Origin: Octopus vulgaris
Taxonomy: Eukaryota
Direction of reading: 5' to 3'
Assembly (NCBI GenBank): GCA_951406725.2
Contig: OX597833.1
Coordinates: 47,616,001-47,680,000 of the forward strand
Length of the DNA stretch: 64,000 nucleotides
The notes under the pieces: generated by a model
What the model saw: the letters and a program-made list of their open reading frames with translations, nothing else
The model's database searches: none
Told to the model about the DNA's origin: nothing
Position numbers and translations under genes: made by a program
In this document: positions 49,449 through 64,000 of the stretch, one piece after another
How positions within the stretch are numbered: the first letter of the stretch is position 1
Layout: the number at the start of each line of letters is the position of its first letter

Positions 49449-52400
49449 GATATGTATGTATATATATATATATATATGTATGGCTGTGTGGTAAGTAGCT
49501 TGTCTATCAACCACATGGTTCCGGGTTCAGTCCCACTGCGTGGCACTTTGGGCAAGTGTCTTCTACTATAGCCTCGGGCCGACCAAAGCCTTGTGAGTGG
49601 ATTTGGTAGACGGAAACTGAAAGAAGCCCGTCGTATATATGTATATATATATATGCGTGTGTGTGTTTGTGTGTCTGTGTTCGTCCCATCCAACATCGCT
49701 TGACAACCGATGCTGGTATGTTTATGTCCCCGTTACTTAGCGGTTCGGCAAAAAGAGACCGATAGAATAAGTACTGGGCTTACAAAGAATAAGTCCCGGG
49801 GTCGAGTTGCTCGATTAAAGGCGGTGCTCCAGCATAGCCGCAGTCAAATGACTGAAACAAGTAAAAGAGTAAAAAGTGTAATATATATATACATACATAC
49901 ATACATATATATATAAATTTAAATAATAAGGGTGAAAAATTGAATATTAATTTGATTAATATCAATTTAAAACCAGTGGCCTAGCATATTGAAAAATCTG
50001 AAGATTCAGAAAAATTATATTACATACATATAAGCGGGATGACACTACGTGGATATCCATTATGCTAGAAGTAGACCCCCTATGGTCTTACCACTAAGAA
50101 AAGATTGTTCTCATGAAAATTCAGCCCTTGAGTTTGCTGCTCACCCCGGGCCCGCCCGCAAGCCTATAAAGGCTTATATCACCGTGATCACCGTGACCGA
50201 CCAGGCTATCAGATGTTGCTACACATCGTTGGTCACAATGCGCTTCGCATTCTTTTGGCCTTCAAATGACGCCACCCCGCTGGCTAAGCGAGCAGGCCAA
50301 CAGAAGAAAGAATGAGAGAAAGTTGTGGCGAAAGAGTACAGCAGAGATCGCCACCACACCCTGCCGGAGCTCGTGGAGCTTTAGGTGGTTTCACTCAATA
50401 AACACTCACAACGCCCGGTCTGGGAATCGAAACTGCGATCCTACGACCGCGAGTCCGCTGCCCTAACCACTGGTCCATTGCGCCTCCACATAAAGGCTTG
50501 TATAGCAGTCCCAAAGCGCTGCGCCTCATAAAAGCGTCGTCCGGGGCGAACCGCCTTCTCCCTGTCACTGGCTACATTACTGAGGTGACCAGTTAGGACA
50601 TAGGATCAAAATCCACTGTAGTCCTGGTAGAAAATGGAAGAACGAGGGCTGTGTTGGTGTGTGATTTCATGGAAATTATTCGAGTGGATTTTGTATTTTC
50701 TGGATGTCGTCTAACATGTCCTTGTAAGCAGCAACAGCAGCAGCAGCAGTAGCGGCAACGGCTGCGGCGGCCCAGACGTGGAAGTAGTGTTCCGTTTTTT
50801 TGTCGCTTGAGGTTTGCAAAGAATTAGAAACTACTGGGAACTGATGTATTTTCTGACCCTGAAGGCCAGTCTTCGGATTGCATGTCTGCTATGTTATAAA
50901 AATGAGATCGCCAATAATGCCGTTTTAAGGCATAGACACAGTGGACAATTGCCCAGTGGCCTCAACATCTAGGAGTCCAATTCTGATATATGAATGTTGT
51001 GGATGGCAGTCGATATGTAAGCACAATAGAGCTCAGTACATTTGTTTGTTTATGGGCCTATATATAAACTTAAATAATAAGGGTGAAAAATTGAATATTA
51101 ATTTGATTCATATCAATTTAAAACCAGTGGCCTAACATATTGAAAAATCTGAAGATTCAGAAAAATTATATTACATACATATAAGCGGGATGACCACTAA
51201 GTGGACATCCATTATGCTAGAAGTAGACCACCTATGGTCTTACCACTTAGAAAAGATTGTTCTCAAGAAAATTCAGCCCTTGAGCTTGCTACTCACCCCG
51301 GGCCACACGCAAGCCTATAAAGGCTTATATCACCGTGACCGACCAGGCTATCAGATGTTGCTACACATCGTTGGTCACAACGCAAAGACAACCCCGATCG
51401 CTAGGAAAGTTCATTAGTAGTTATAGTAGTATAGCGACTTTGAAGGTTTTAGTAACGTGTTGTCCGTGACGGGGGTGGGTAAGTACAACCATGTCTCAAT
51501 ATGAGCAGTGACTGTATCTTTGTGCTGTTGAGGGAGACAATATTGAGATGGCATCCCAACTAGAGAATGTCTTCGATGTCTCTGTTCAGAGAGACAGTGC
51601 AAGTTTTGGCGAGAAGTGTCCAGGTTGCGTATGGATGACGCTTGCGCGTGGAAAGTCATCGACCAAACTCTTAAAAGCGAAGGTCCACTCTTGAGTGATA
51701 TTGATAAACAATATCTTTAATAGATATCGCTCCACAGAAACCGTATTGGTGATCAGAGAAAACAAAAGGAAGTTCAAACCGTCGGAGAAGGTATTAACGA
51801 CTCCGGCGAGCTGGCAGAAACGTTAGCACGCTGGACGAAATGCTTAGCGGTATTTCGTCCGCCGCTACGTTCTGAGTTCAAATTCCGCCGAGGTCGACTT
51901 TGCCTTTCATCCTTTCGGGATCGATAAATTAAGTACCAGTTACGCACTGAAGTCGATGTAATCGATTTAATCCGTTTGTCTGTCCTTGTTTGTCCCCTCT
52001 GTGTTTAGCCCCTTGTGGGCAATAAAAAAATAGGTATTTCATCCGCCGCTACGTTCTGAGTTCAAATTCCACCGAGGTCGACTTTGCCTTTCATCCTTTC
52101 GGGATCGATAAATTAAGTACCAGTTACGCACTGAAGTTGTAATCGATTTAATCCGTTTGTCTGTCCTTAGTCCCCTCTGTGTTTAGCCCCTTGTGGGTAG
52201 TAAAGAAATAGGTATTTCATCTGCCGCTACGTTCTGAGTTCAAATTCCACCGAGGTCAACTTTGCCTTTCATCCTTTCGGGGTCGATAAATTAAGCACCA
52301 GTTATGCACTGGGGTCGATGTAATCGACTTAATACCTATGTCTGTCCTTGTTTGTCCCCTCTATGTTTAGCCCCTTGTGGGTAATAAAGAAATCGGTATT

Positions 52401-53857
52401 AACGACTCGATTGTCTCCACTCCATTTGAAATGGTGGAAATGAGAACGATAGTTCGTTAGTGTTATGTCGCACAATACTACACAGTGGCTGTGTGTGCTT
52501 CGAAATCCTCGTCGACACTGTTATGTCGCACGTTCGGATGCCTTCTACTCTACTACTCTACTGTTCTCTAGTCTACTCTGTTCTACCGACATCTAGGCTT
52601 CTCCCGCTATATCTACGTATTGGGCTAGCCTACTTCATCGTCTGGGGGCGTCCACACAACAGTTAGTTAAGAGGGTTCGTAAAGGTTGCCCTTGTTGGGA
52701 GAGACACAATAATGTTAACAAAGATCACGATCCATGCATGTGAAAAGGGTGAGAGAATGGAGGATTAAATAACTTGGCGAAGATAGCAGGTAACTCTGGA
52801 ACGTGTTGTTTGAAGGTAATGTCGAGCTGGCAGAAACGTTAGCACGCCGGCCGAAATGCTTAACGGTATTTTGTCTGCCGCTATGTTCTGAGTTCAAATT
52901 CCGCCAAGGTCGACTTTGCCTTTCATCCTTTCAGGGTCGATAAATTAAGCACTAGTTATGCACTGGGGTCGATGTAATCGACTTAATACCTATGTCTGTC
53001 CTTGTTTGTCCCCTCTATGTTTAGCCTCCTGTGGGTAATAAAGAAATAGGTAATGGGACACTGGATGGGACACTGTCATAGCAAATGGTTTTACTGGTCT
53101 AAAGTATCTGGAAGTGTTTTTGTATTTGGTGAGTATGTGTACGTGGTGATGGATCTAATGGAACGGAGGAAGTAAGTATTGGAACAGTTTTACCACGTGT
53201 GTAGCGTGGAGTTAAATGCAAAATAGATAACAAGCGGAAGTTTTCTCTACGAGAGTATCGGTTAGTGAGGCGTCATTTTTGAAAAGCTAGGAGTAATAAA
53301 AACATCGCAAAATTGGTTGCGTTCCTTTCGACAAGGAACCAGAAGGATCGCTTGCAATTTGGGAGATGAGAGTGTTTGAGGGCTGTGTAAGGAATGAAGG
53401 TATTATCTGCGTTTCATCCTTTCGAGGTCGATTAAATAAGTACCTGTTACGCACTGGGGTCGATATAATCGACTTAATCCGTTGTCTGTCTTTGTTTGTC
53501 CTCTCTGTATTTAGCCCCTTGTGGGTAGTAAAGAAATAGATATCATCTGTGTTTCGAATATTGGAATTACAGTGGTGGGTCAAAGCTGTCCAGTTTATAA
53601 AGATGGAAGTGTTTTTTTTTTTTTGTCTCTTTCAAACGTTGTCGAACGTGTTCTTAGCTTAATCTAATTTACTTCAGTCACGAGTGTTTTTCACTTGCAG
53701 GGAACGGGAAGAAGGATGACTTGTTTTGGTCGTGCGTGGGATGTTGAGAAACATACCAAAGAAGATGACTTCAGTCACCTGCTTAGCTATCAGCTATCTC
53801 AGATGATTCAGGAGTGGACTGCAAATAACGATGCCTGTAGGAGTGTCCGCGCACGCT

Positions 53858-53920
<63 letters not shown>

Positions 53921-54158
53921 GTGTGTGTGTGTGTGTGTGCGTGTGTGTGTGTGTCTGTGGTTGTGTGTGTGTGTATGTGTTTGTGTGTGTGTAAATATAA
54001 GTGAAGGCACATGGCCTAGGGGTTAGAGTGTTCGACTCAATGTCATAATGTCGTGGGTTCGATGACCTGAACTGAGGCGTTGAAGAGCAAAGCACTTCAT
54101 GACACTACACTGCTCCACTTTCATCAGCTGAAAGCGAGTTTTAACCCTTGTACTGATA

Positions 54159-54224
<66 letters not shown>

Positions 54225-54742
54225 TCTAGATGTTGCATCGTTCATGTGACAGCTGGGTCAGAGGGTGAGAGAGTCGAACGGGGTATCTATATCTTTTTGC
54301 GACTTCACAGGCACCTAAAACTAGCGAAAGCATGGTATACGCTACTAAGAAGTACTTGTTTGCAGGTGACGACAAGGTTCTAACATGCGCACGCGCATAC
54401 ACACACACACACAAACACATGTACATGTGTTAGTGTGTGTGTGTGTAAACATATATGTATGTGTATGAATGTATGTATGCATACATGTATGTATGTATGT
54501 ATGTATTTATGTATGTATGTATGTAAGTATGTATGTATTTACTGTTTACTCTTTTACTTGTTTCAGTCATTTGACTGCGGCCATGCTGGAGCACCGCCTT
54601 TAATCGAACAACTCGACCCCGGGACTTATTCTTTGTAAGCCCAGTACTTATTCTATCGGTCTCTTTTGCCGAACCGCTAAGTGACGAGGACATAAACACG
54701 CCATCATCGGTTGTCAAGCGATGTTGGATGGGACAAACATAT

Positions 54743-54817
<75 letters not shown>

Positions 54818-55649
54818 TACGACGGGCTTCTTTCAGTTTCCGTCTACCAAATCCACTCACAAGGCTTTGGTCGGCCCGAGGCTATAGTAGAAGACACTTG
54901 CCCAAGGTGCCACGCAGTGGGACTGAACCCGGAACCATGTAGTTGGTAAACAAGCTACTTACCACACAGCCACTCATTTATGTATGTATGTATGTATGTA
55001 TGTATGTATGTATGTATGTATGTATGTATGTATGTATGTATGTATGTATTTAGGATCGAGATAGCTACAGCTTCCTCTGTCATCCGTAGTGGAGGAATTT
55101 AAAGTAGCAAAATGTAATGTTGTAATGATGTACAGAGACTCAAAGGACAAGCTTGTCAGCCATGCAGTTATTATTACAAGGTCTGGGCGAAAGAGGGTTG
55201 CTAGCGCTGCAGTGGCTCAGGCCAAAGGGATGCTGGAGCTATGCGACATCACTGGAGTTACATGAAGGGGTCGCCGGGGTCTTGGTTCTTCCAATTTCCA
55301 ACAATGGAAGAAAGCAGACACCAGAGAGAGGCTGGCTATGGCCCAGGAAGTAGTGCGGTACCAGGAGGAAGAAAGAAGAAAATAAAGAGCTGTAGAGTTG
55401 GTACCTCGGGGTGCGTGGACTAAATGGGACCTCCCTAAGAGGAAGGTCGCGTTGACTGACCTGTTGAGGCTGGAACCTTTTCGCATCTCCTTCCTGCTGC
55501 GGTCGGCCTACGACACACTCCCGACGCCAACAAACCTGCACAGACGGGGTTTGAGGGAAACCCAGCTGTGTAGACTTTGTGGGGAAAGAGGCACTCTGGC
55601 ACACATCTTGGCAGGGTGCAGAATAACATCTTCTCAAGCATACATACAA

Positions 55650-55685
<36 letters not shown>

Positions 55686-55937
55686 ACATAAGTACACACA
55701 CATACACATACACATACCTACATACATACATGAATACATACATATATACATACATAATACACATACCTACTTATCTACCTACCTACATACCTACTTGCAT
55801 ACCTACATACATACATACATACATACATACATACATACACACATATATACATACATACATATGTATATATATATATACATACGTATGAGTATACACACAC
55901 ACATACACCACATACACACACACACACATACATACAC

Positions 55938-56014
<77 letters not shown>

Positions 56015-56092
56015 TCAACAGTCGTGTGTTTCGCATGTTGGCACGAAACTCTCGGCCCTTCACTTTGTAACTTCTGTCGATTATTAATAATA

Positions 56093-56719
56093 CGAGGGGT
56101 ATTCATTAAAGATTTCCCTTGGTCCACTTCCCAAGGACTGGGATAAACGAAGCTTGGCATAATTATTAGTCCTTCTCTCCATAGCCATCACCAATAATGA
56201 CACACTTACCCCATCGTTTGATGCAGCTCTGAAGACCTCGTCTGTAGAAGTCGGTAGGTTGCGTCGGGAGCCAAGACTTTACCTCGGAAATAGGTTCATC
56301 ATCACTTAAAAAGTGCTTCTCCTTCAAAAAAGACTTCTTGGTTGGAAAGGGGTGGAAGTCATTTGGTGCGAGGTCGGGAGAGTAAGGAGGAAGAGGAAGG
56401 ATTTCATAGCTGCAGGAGTGTGCTTTCATCTGGGCAACATGCGCATTGTGAACTGGAGTGCTGTCTTTGGTCAGCATTTCACGCCTCTCTGCTTTGATGG
56501 CATCGCGCAATTTCTGCAGCAGAGAAGCAGAATATACCCTGTTAATTGTAGTGCCCTTTGCCGGAAAATCTATCATCACTACTCCTCTCTAGTCCCAAAA
56601 GACTCTAAACATCATCTTGCCTGCTGAGGGTTGGGTAAGAGTCTTCTTTGGAGGTGGTGAGTTATCATGCTTCCATTGCTTCGACTGGACTTTAGTCTCA
56701 GGGTCATAGTGATGGACCC

Positions 56720-56779
<60 letters not shown>

Positions 56780-56976
56780 TCTTATACTTGTTTCAGTCAT
56801 TTGACTGCGGCCATGCTGGAGCACCGCCTTTAGTCGAGCAACTCGACCCCGGGACGTATTCTTTGTAAGCCCAGTACTTATTCTATCGGTCTCTTTTGCC
56901 GAACCACTAAGTGATGGGGACATAAACACACCAGCATCGGCTGTCAAGCGATGTTGGGGGGACAAACACACACACA

Positions 56977-57046
<70 letters not shown>

Positions 57047-57841
57047 CATATATACGACGGGCTTCTTTCAGTTTCCGTCTACCAAATCCACTCACAAGGC
57101 TTTGGTCGGCCCGAGGCTATGGTAGAAGACATTTTCCCAAGGTGCCACGCAGTGGGACTGAACCCGGAACCATGTGGTTGGTAAACAAGCTACTTACCAC
57201 ACAGCCACTCCTACGCCTATGTTTCATCCTGTATGATAAGTCTGCTGAAAAAGTCCTCGTTTTCTTGGCACATTGCCAAAAGAGCCTGGGAGCAATTGAC
57301 TCGTTCCTGCTTCTGAAAATGTGTGAGCATCCGGGCAATCTATCGTGCCGACAACTTCTGCATATGTAAATGGTCGTGAATGATATTATTCCACGGACCC
57401 TACGCTTATCTTCGCTTCTTGGGCTAGTTGCCGGACAATTATACGTCTTCCACTTTATGGATGGTATCATCATCAATAGTGGAATTTGGTCGTCCAGGAA
57501 TAGGAACAGTTCTACTGATATCCAACTACATTTGAACTAGTGATGCCAGTGCTTGACTATGCCGTATGATGGTGCCTGATCACCATAAACTTCTTTCATC
57601 TCATCGATAGTCTCTTTTGGTGTACAACCTTTCAAACATAAGAACCTGATCACCGATCTGCATTCAACTGCCTCCATTATAATATCTTAGACCACTTCAG
57701 CAGCCGTAAAAGACAAACGAATATAAGTGGAAAGCTGCAATTTACAATGTAACATGTAGAGGCATCTATAATTATACCTGTACAAGTTCAGCTTCCTGCA
57801 ATAACCGTGAGTCAGAGAAAATCTTTAACGAACGCCCCTCG
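56093..57841 (-). mobile_element. mariner transposon (duplicate of 41656-43410)
   Basis: Same TIRs, ORF 56166-56579 and SINE insertion. Confidence 0.92.
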
Positions 57842-57899
57842 TATATACACTCATGTTTTGAACTCTTTCTTATTTGCATCACCAAACACATCTCTCTCT

Positions 57900-57996
<97 letters not shown>

Positions 57997-58130
57997 AAGG
58001 GTGAAAAGGAACACACGAGTTGATATATATGAAAAAACAAGTCAAAATAGAAAATGCTAAAATAATTTTATAAAGAACATTTCAGTGTTCTTTATAAAAT
58101 TATTTTAGCATTTTCTATTTTGACTTGTTT

Positions 58131-58167
<37 letters not shown>

Positions 58168-60187
58168 TACACTCACATATATTGCAGATTTCAAGCCACG
58201 ACATAGCAACGACTTGATCGTGTGTGCAACCGAGCGTGCAACTCCAACCAGAAGTCAGACATAACGTGAATGATGATTCTGGAAGGCTCTGGAACATTTC
58301 GCCTACAGATTCGATTTTGAGTGCCAATTCACAGAGTGTTGTAGGCGTCGGGTCTCCACTCTTGCCAAGATTGCATGCTTAAACCGACGAGCTGGCAGAG
58401 ACGTTAGCACGCCGGGAGAAATGCTTAGCGGCATTTCGTCTGCCGCTACGTTCTGAGTTCAAATTCCGCTGAGGTCGACTTTGCCTTTCATCCTTTCGGG
58501 GTCGATAATTTAAGTACCAGTTACGCACTGGAGTCGATGTAATCGACTTAATCCCTTTGTACGTCCTTGTTTGTCCCCTCTACGTTTAGCCCCTTGTGGG
58601 CTATAAAGAAATATGATTGCATGCTTAAACCATTATGCAATTTATGATGGTAGACATGAAGAGGCGCATGTGTGTGTATGTGTGTGTAATTTAATTTTGA
58701 TATCTAGCTGCTTTGCATGTTACATTATATTTCTTTCATCTTGTTGGCTCTACCTGTAGAGTCAATGTCCGACCAAATTCGTATGACATGTGCGGCGATA
58801 ATAAAACAGGTTTAACCCTATGTTTAGGGTTGTGAAACCATCGCACGTAGTTTCCACAAACACCGACCAACAACTCATACCAGCAACATTCGTACAACAC
58901 ACCCAAGTTATAGTTCAGAAATGGTTAACGAAACTCAGTTACTACTCTTCTGCCTCTCCGAAAACTAACCAAAACTGGACCTAACCAAAGCAAATACAAC
59001 CCATACTAAAACCGAAATGATAACATCTCAATCCTAGACCGACGTGAAATCTACTCGACAATTCTCCTTCTGGCTAACTTCGGTATAGATACCGGAAGTA
59101 CTTGATACATTTCAAGAAAGTGTTTTATATATATATATGGGGGGGGGGGTTAGGGTTTGTGTTAGGGTTAGGGTTAGGGTTAAGGTTAGGGTTAGGGGTG
59201 GGAGAAAAAGGGGATCTTTTCCTTTTGAACGGCACATGTCAACACAATTTCTAGTTAACTAAACACTTTAAAACTTCGTTTACTGGTAGAATGTGTCAAA
59301 ATAAAACACTTTTTTTCTCTTGGTTTTCTTGAGAAAATTGTAATTTGTAAGTTTAACGTAGTTTAATTTTTCGAATTTTAACCAATGAATCGCCTCTATT
59401 TAGCTAAAATCATTTGCTGCGTCTAAAACTGAGACAACATCCTGTCATTAACCCTAACCCTAGAAATTGTGTTGACATGTGCCGTTCAAAAGGAAAAGAT
59501 CCGAAAAAGGGCTTCTGTTATCTTCAGAAATGTAAACAAAGCCACTTCCGGCACTTACGGTATCTATACCGAAGGATCGCCCTCCTTCTTCATCTCAAAT
59601 ATTCATAGGCACAAATTCAAACTAGACCTCGCTCATTACTTCCGACTGACACCTATCCTACACATGTTCGTATCTGAGGTACGCATGCACTGCGCTTAAT
59701 CGCAAAATTATTGGTGCATTAACAGTGTATTATTATGGTGTTACTATGCGCTATACAATACATGTCTACAACCTCAGTTTCCACTGTGTGTAGACAGACG
59801 TAAACAACATCTGTCTACAAAACAGTGTCGACTAAAAATCTATACCTTTATTCCGTAGTATATCTTGCATTTATGTCACCGTGTGAAGTAAGTGCACGCC
59901 CGTAAAAGTTCGAATGCGTGAAGGTGTGTATGTACACACACACAAACACACACACAGGTATATATTTTTCTTTACTACCAACAACATAGAGAGGACAAAC
60001 AAGGACAGACATAGGTATTAAGTCGATTACATCGACCCCAGTGCGTAACTGGTACTTAATTTATCGACCCCGAAAGGATGAAAGGTAAAGTCGACCTCGG
60101 CGGAATTTGAACTCCGAGCATAACGACAGGCGAAATACGGCTATGCATTTCGCCCGGCGTGCTAACGTTTCTGCCAGCTCGCCGCTT

Positions 60188-60262
<75 letters not shown>

Positions 60263-60344
60263 CACACACACACACACGTAGATATATACATAGATACATA
60301 TGCATGTATAGCATTTACTCGCATAAATACATGCATACACACAC

Positions 60345-60398
<54 letters not shown>

Positions 60399-60982
60399 CA
60401 TTATATAAAAGGGCGAAATATATTTGCACTTAAATGTGGCTAACTCTTATGGGTCAGTACTTGGTGACATTTAAGTGACAAATATACTTCACATTGTCGT
60501 GCAGCAGTACTGTTTATACCTCGCTCAGAGATTTATTATTGCTTATATATACACATATATATATAAGAAATAGTGGCACAACAAGGCACCAGTGTTTGCT
60601 GGAAATAGCAGTCGATAACAGTACGATGCTATGTAAAGCTTCACTGAATGTATACAGGCAAAGTATTCTTTTATTTGTTTCAGTCATTTGACTGCGGCCA
60701 TGCTGGAGCGCCGCCTTTAGTCGAAAAATCGACCCCAGGACTTATTCTTTGTAAGCCTAGTACTTATTCTATTGGTCTCTTTGGCCGAAACGTTAAGTTA
60801 CGGGGACGTAAACACACTAACATCGGTTGTCAAACGATGGTGGGGGAACACAGACACAGATATATATATATATATAAATAAGAAAATGGAGAAACAGATT
60901 CATTTCGATCAGTATATTGGATAACTGATATCCCATAGTGGGTTACTTTCATAACCCCTATCTTACTTTGTGTGTGTATATA

Positions 60983-61079
<97 letters not shown>

Positions 61080-61254
61080 CGACGGGCTTCTTTTTTACTT
61101 TCTGTCAACCAAATCCACTCACAAGGCTTTGGTCGGCCCGAGGCTATAGTAGAGACACTTTCCCAAGGTGCCAGGCAGTGGGACTTCTGGTTGGGAAGCA
61201 AACCTCTTACCACAGAGCCACGCCTGCGCCCTGCGCCTAATTTACATATATATG

Positions 61255-61320
<66 letters not shown>

Positions 61321-61769
61321 TACACACACCATACGCTCACACACATGTGTTTATATATTTATTTTGCAAGATTCCTATGAAATGGTGTGTTGAAACAGAT
61401 ATTGTATAATATTTGGTGATGGTCTCTTTTTCCTTTTGTTATTTAACCACGCGCAGTATATACCCGTTATATACTTCAGGTTTATTATTGTTCTTATTTT
61501 AGCGTCCTTTGTCCGAGATATTTCGTCACACGTCCTGTGACCTCTTCCATGACGCTCCATCCCAAGTGTGACCTCCTGAGAGAACAAGTGGAGACGTTTA
61601 GGATGGAGAGCCGTTGAAGTGGTTACAGGAGGTGTGACGAAAGACTTCAGACAAAGGACACTAAAATGATGATGATGATGATGATGATGATGATAATAAT
61701 AAAGCTGAAGTGAATAACGAGTATATACTGCGTGTGGTTAATTGGCAATAAAGACCATCCCCTAGCATA

Positions 61770-61829
<60 letters not shown>

Positions 61830-61889
61830 TTAAATATATATATATAATATTTAAAAAAGGAGATGTGGAACACGAGTTGTGATATATAA

Positions 61890-62204
61890 AAAAGGAAATG
61901 AAGAAAATGCTGACAAAATAATTTAAGTAATTTAAGTAATTTAATTAGGTGAAAGTTTTTTTTACCGGTTGCGCATTTGTTATGCTTATCAAAAGATATT
62001 TTTTAAGAGAGATTAGAGTTCCTTTCTGATAGATTTTTTCCTCTTATCTGATAAGAGGAAAAAATCTATCAGAAAGGAACTCTAATCTCTCTTTAAAAAA
62101 TATCTTTTGATAAGCATAACAAATGCGCAACCGGTAAAAAAAACTTTCACCTAATTAAATTACTTAAATTACTTAAATTATTTTGTCAGCATTTTCTTCA
62201 TTTC

Positions 62205-62209
<5 letters not shown>
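61890..62209. repeat. Near-perfect 320-bp palindrome
   Basis: Arms of ~160 bp around a single T at 62049; I see one 1-nt indel between arms; (TA)n on both sides. Confidence 0.95.
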
Positions 62210-62268
<59 letters not shown>

Positions 62269-62272
<4 letters not shown>

Positions 62273-62475
62273 ATCCAAACATGAAAACACAAAGAGAAAA
62301 CACAACAACGCCAGGTCGTGGAACAAGTATAGTGTTATTGGACGCTCAGGAAAGGAAAGAAAGGAGGATTTAACGTTTCGAGCGGAGCTCTTCGTCAGAA
62401 ACAGGAAAAGGAAAGATCCAAGGAAGAGAAGACGGAGGAAAAAAATCGCCAACGGTACACACGCTGTCACATTTT
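62269..62475 (-). mobile_element. Short Penelope-like insert in a (TA)n tract
   Basis: Non-coding, directly abuts (TA)n, carries a hammerhead core. Confidence 0.65.
62369..62401 (-). ncRNA. Minimal type-I hammerhead ribozyme
   Basis: Minus strand UUU-CUGACGA-A-GAGC-UCC-GCUC-GAAA-CG-UU/AAA: intact core, 4-bp stem II, loopless palindromic stem III (ACGU), GUU site, weak 3-bp stem I. Confidence 0.7.
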
Positions 62476-62604
62476 ATATATGCATTATGTATATGCATAT
62501 ACATACGTCTGTTTACACAGAGTGGAAACTTAAAGTTGTAGACATTTATTGTATAGCACCTCGTAACACCATAATAATATACTGTTAATGTACCAATAAT
62601 TTTT

Positions 62605-63920
62605 CGCAAATATGCGCTGGCTGAGGCTAAGACATCTCTGGCGCTACTTTGATGGTGAACAGGTGTGGTCACCGCATGCTAAGCTCCTTTTCACACAATG
62701 CTAAGCTCCTTTTCACACATGGATCAAGCGGAGACCTAGAATGGGAGAATGGCAGAGGGAGTGCAGACAAGCACTCACTCTGTTCTCCTGGGCGAGCAGT
62801 ACCGGCAGCGAGGCTACCCCTGCGGATTTTTATAACGGGTTGGTAGAGTATGAGTCCGACCACGTCCTGGGCGAGGCTCTAGGCTTCGATGAGGAACAAC
62901 TAACCAGTCTATTCGGAAGGACATTCTGGCCGAGATATCTGGGTAACTTCCAGAAATCCCTGGCTTGGTTGTGCTACCGATCGGCCTTGCCGGTTCGAGA
63001 GAGGTTGTCGAGATACGGGTTTGACACCTCCCCCATACGCCCGAGATGCGGATGCGTCAGTGAAACTGTCGCGCACGCCTTTGTACATTGTGAGGAGCTG
63101 AGGGAATTGATAACCTATGTCGAACAACTGATGTCAGATGCGGAAAGAGTACGGCTCTCGACTGGGTCCATAATAAAGGTCGTACCGCCTTCCTTCTTTA
63201 ATAAGGAAAGGAAGGCATCTTTTTTCTGCGTAGTTGCCATACTTGAAAGACACAGTGTGGATGACGCGTGCAAGAGGAATTGAAACAGGCAACTTCATAT
63301 CCGGACACGGGTTGGTAAGTTATTTTAACTACCACCTGATAAGAAAGATACATCTGGAGAAAAGGTGCCTGCCTCAAAATTTGTTCGAGAAAAGATGGAT
63401 AACTGTTGTAAGGAAGCTGAGAGTGAATGGGGCCGTGCTAGTGTAGCCAGTCAAGACGAAAGAGAAGGAAAAAAAGGAACGAAAACCAATGGGGGGAAAA
63501 AAAAGGAAAAAACCGGCGGATTAAATAAAAACCCAAGAACTCCATTTTAATCATTTAATTTTTATTCTCATTTTAATTTCCGATTTATTATATCGACGAA
63601 GGACAATGATCCTGAAACACGCGTGTCTCTAGATGCAGCCCTGGCGGCTGGAGGTGTTTGTCTCCCTTTCGTAAATGTATATAAGGACACAGGAAAAATG
63701 TGTCAAAGCCATCAGGAGGCGTCGATGCTTCCTAGGGCTAAACAGCGGTGGTGTACCCCGCTACTGTCACGTTCATGTTAGATTGACAGTAGACAACCAT
63801 TATATCGATTTAATCAATTTTATTATCATGATTGTAACTCCAGACCTGTGTAAAGACTGACCTTGTGCTGTCCCTTGTTCTATCCACTCTATGTGTGCCC
63901 CTATAAGCAAATAAATAAAT
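62605..63920 (+). mobile_element. 5'-truncated L1/Tx1-like LINE (ORF2 C-terminus and 3' UTR)
   Basis: ORFs 62741-63283 and 63234-63446 (frameshift): QKSLAWLCYRSALPVRERL...(C>R)PRCG..SETVAHAFVHC zf-RVT-like finger...VWMTR; ends AATAAATAAA at ~63909-63920. Confidence 0.85.
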
Positions 63921-64000
63921 TCTGTTGGTTTCAGACCTACCAAAGTCTAACCACTGACCACATTACAGCGACCTCCAGCTTCGTCGCCACCATCATGTCT

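Noticed and set aside
63925-63975. tRNA/A-box-like target next to the Tx1-like LINE end (minus TGGTCAGTGGTTAGA)
   Set aside because: Too short, no B box or cloverleaf visible, and close to the window edge.

Overview
AT-rich, microsatellite-dense eukaryotic DNA made almost entirely of nested transposable-element debris. The SINE types resemble those I recall from Octopus genomes, which is an inference and not a database result. No convincing host protein-coding gene is present, and nearly all ORF-track entries are microsatellite or SINE read-throughs. Recognisable elements are: several tRNA-derived SINE families; mariner elements and mariner-, Tc2- and piggyBac-type MITEs; LINE fragments (RTE, R4/Dong-like, Hero-like, CR1/Jockey-group, L1/Tx1-like); a 201-bp solo LTR; and a nested MITE pair with TTAGGG repeats. 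Positions 33037-47365 are repeated at 47466-61776 across a 100-N gap, most likely an uncollapsed overlap. The most interesting signal is a set of short non-coding inserts sitting in (TA)n tracts. They carry minimal type-I hammerhead ribozyme motifs (intact cores at 34863/49249 and 62369, near-intact at 6940) and often form fold-back palindromes, as expected for Penelope-like or retrozyme-like elements.
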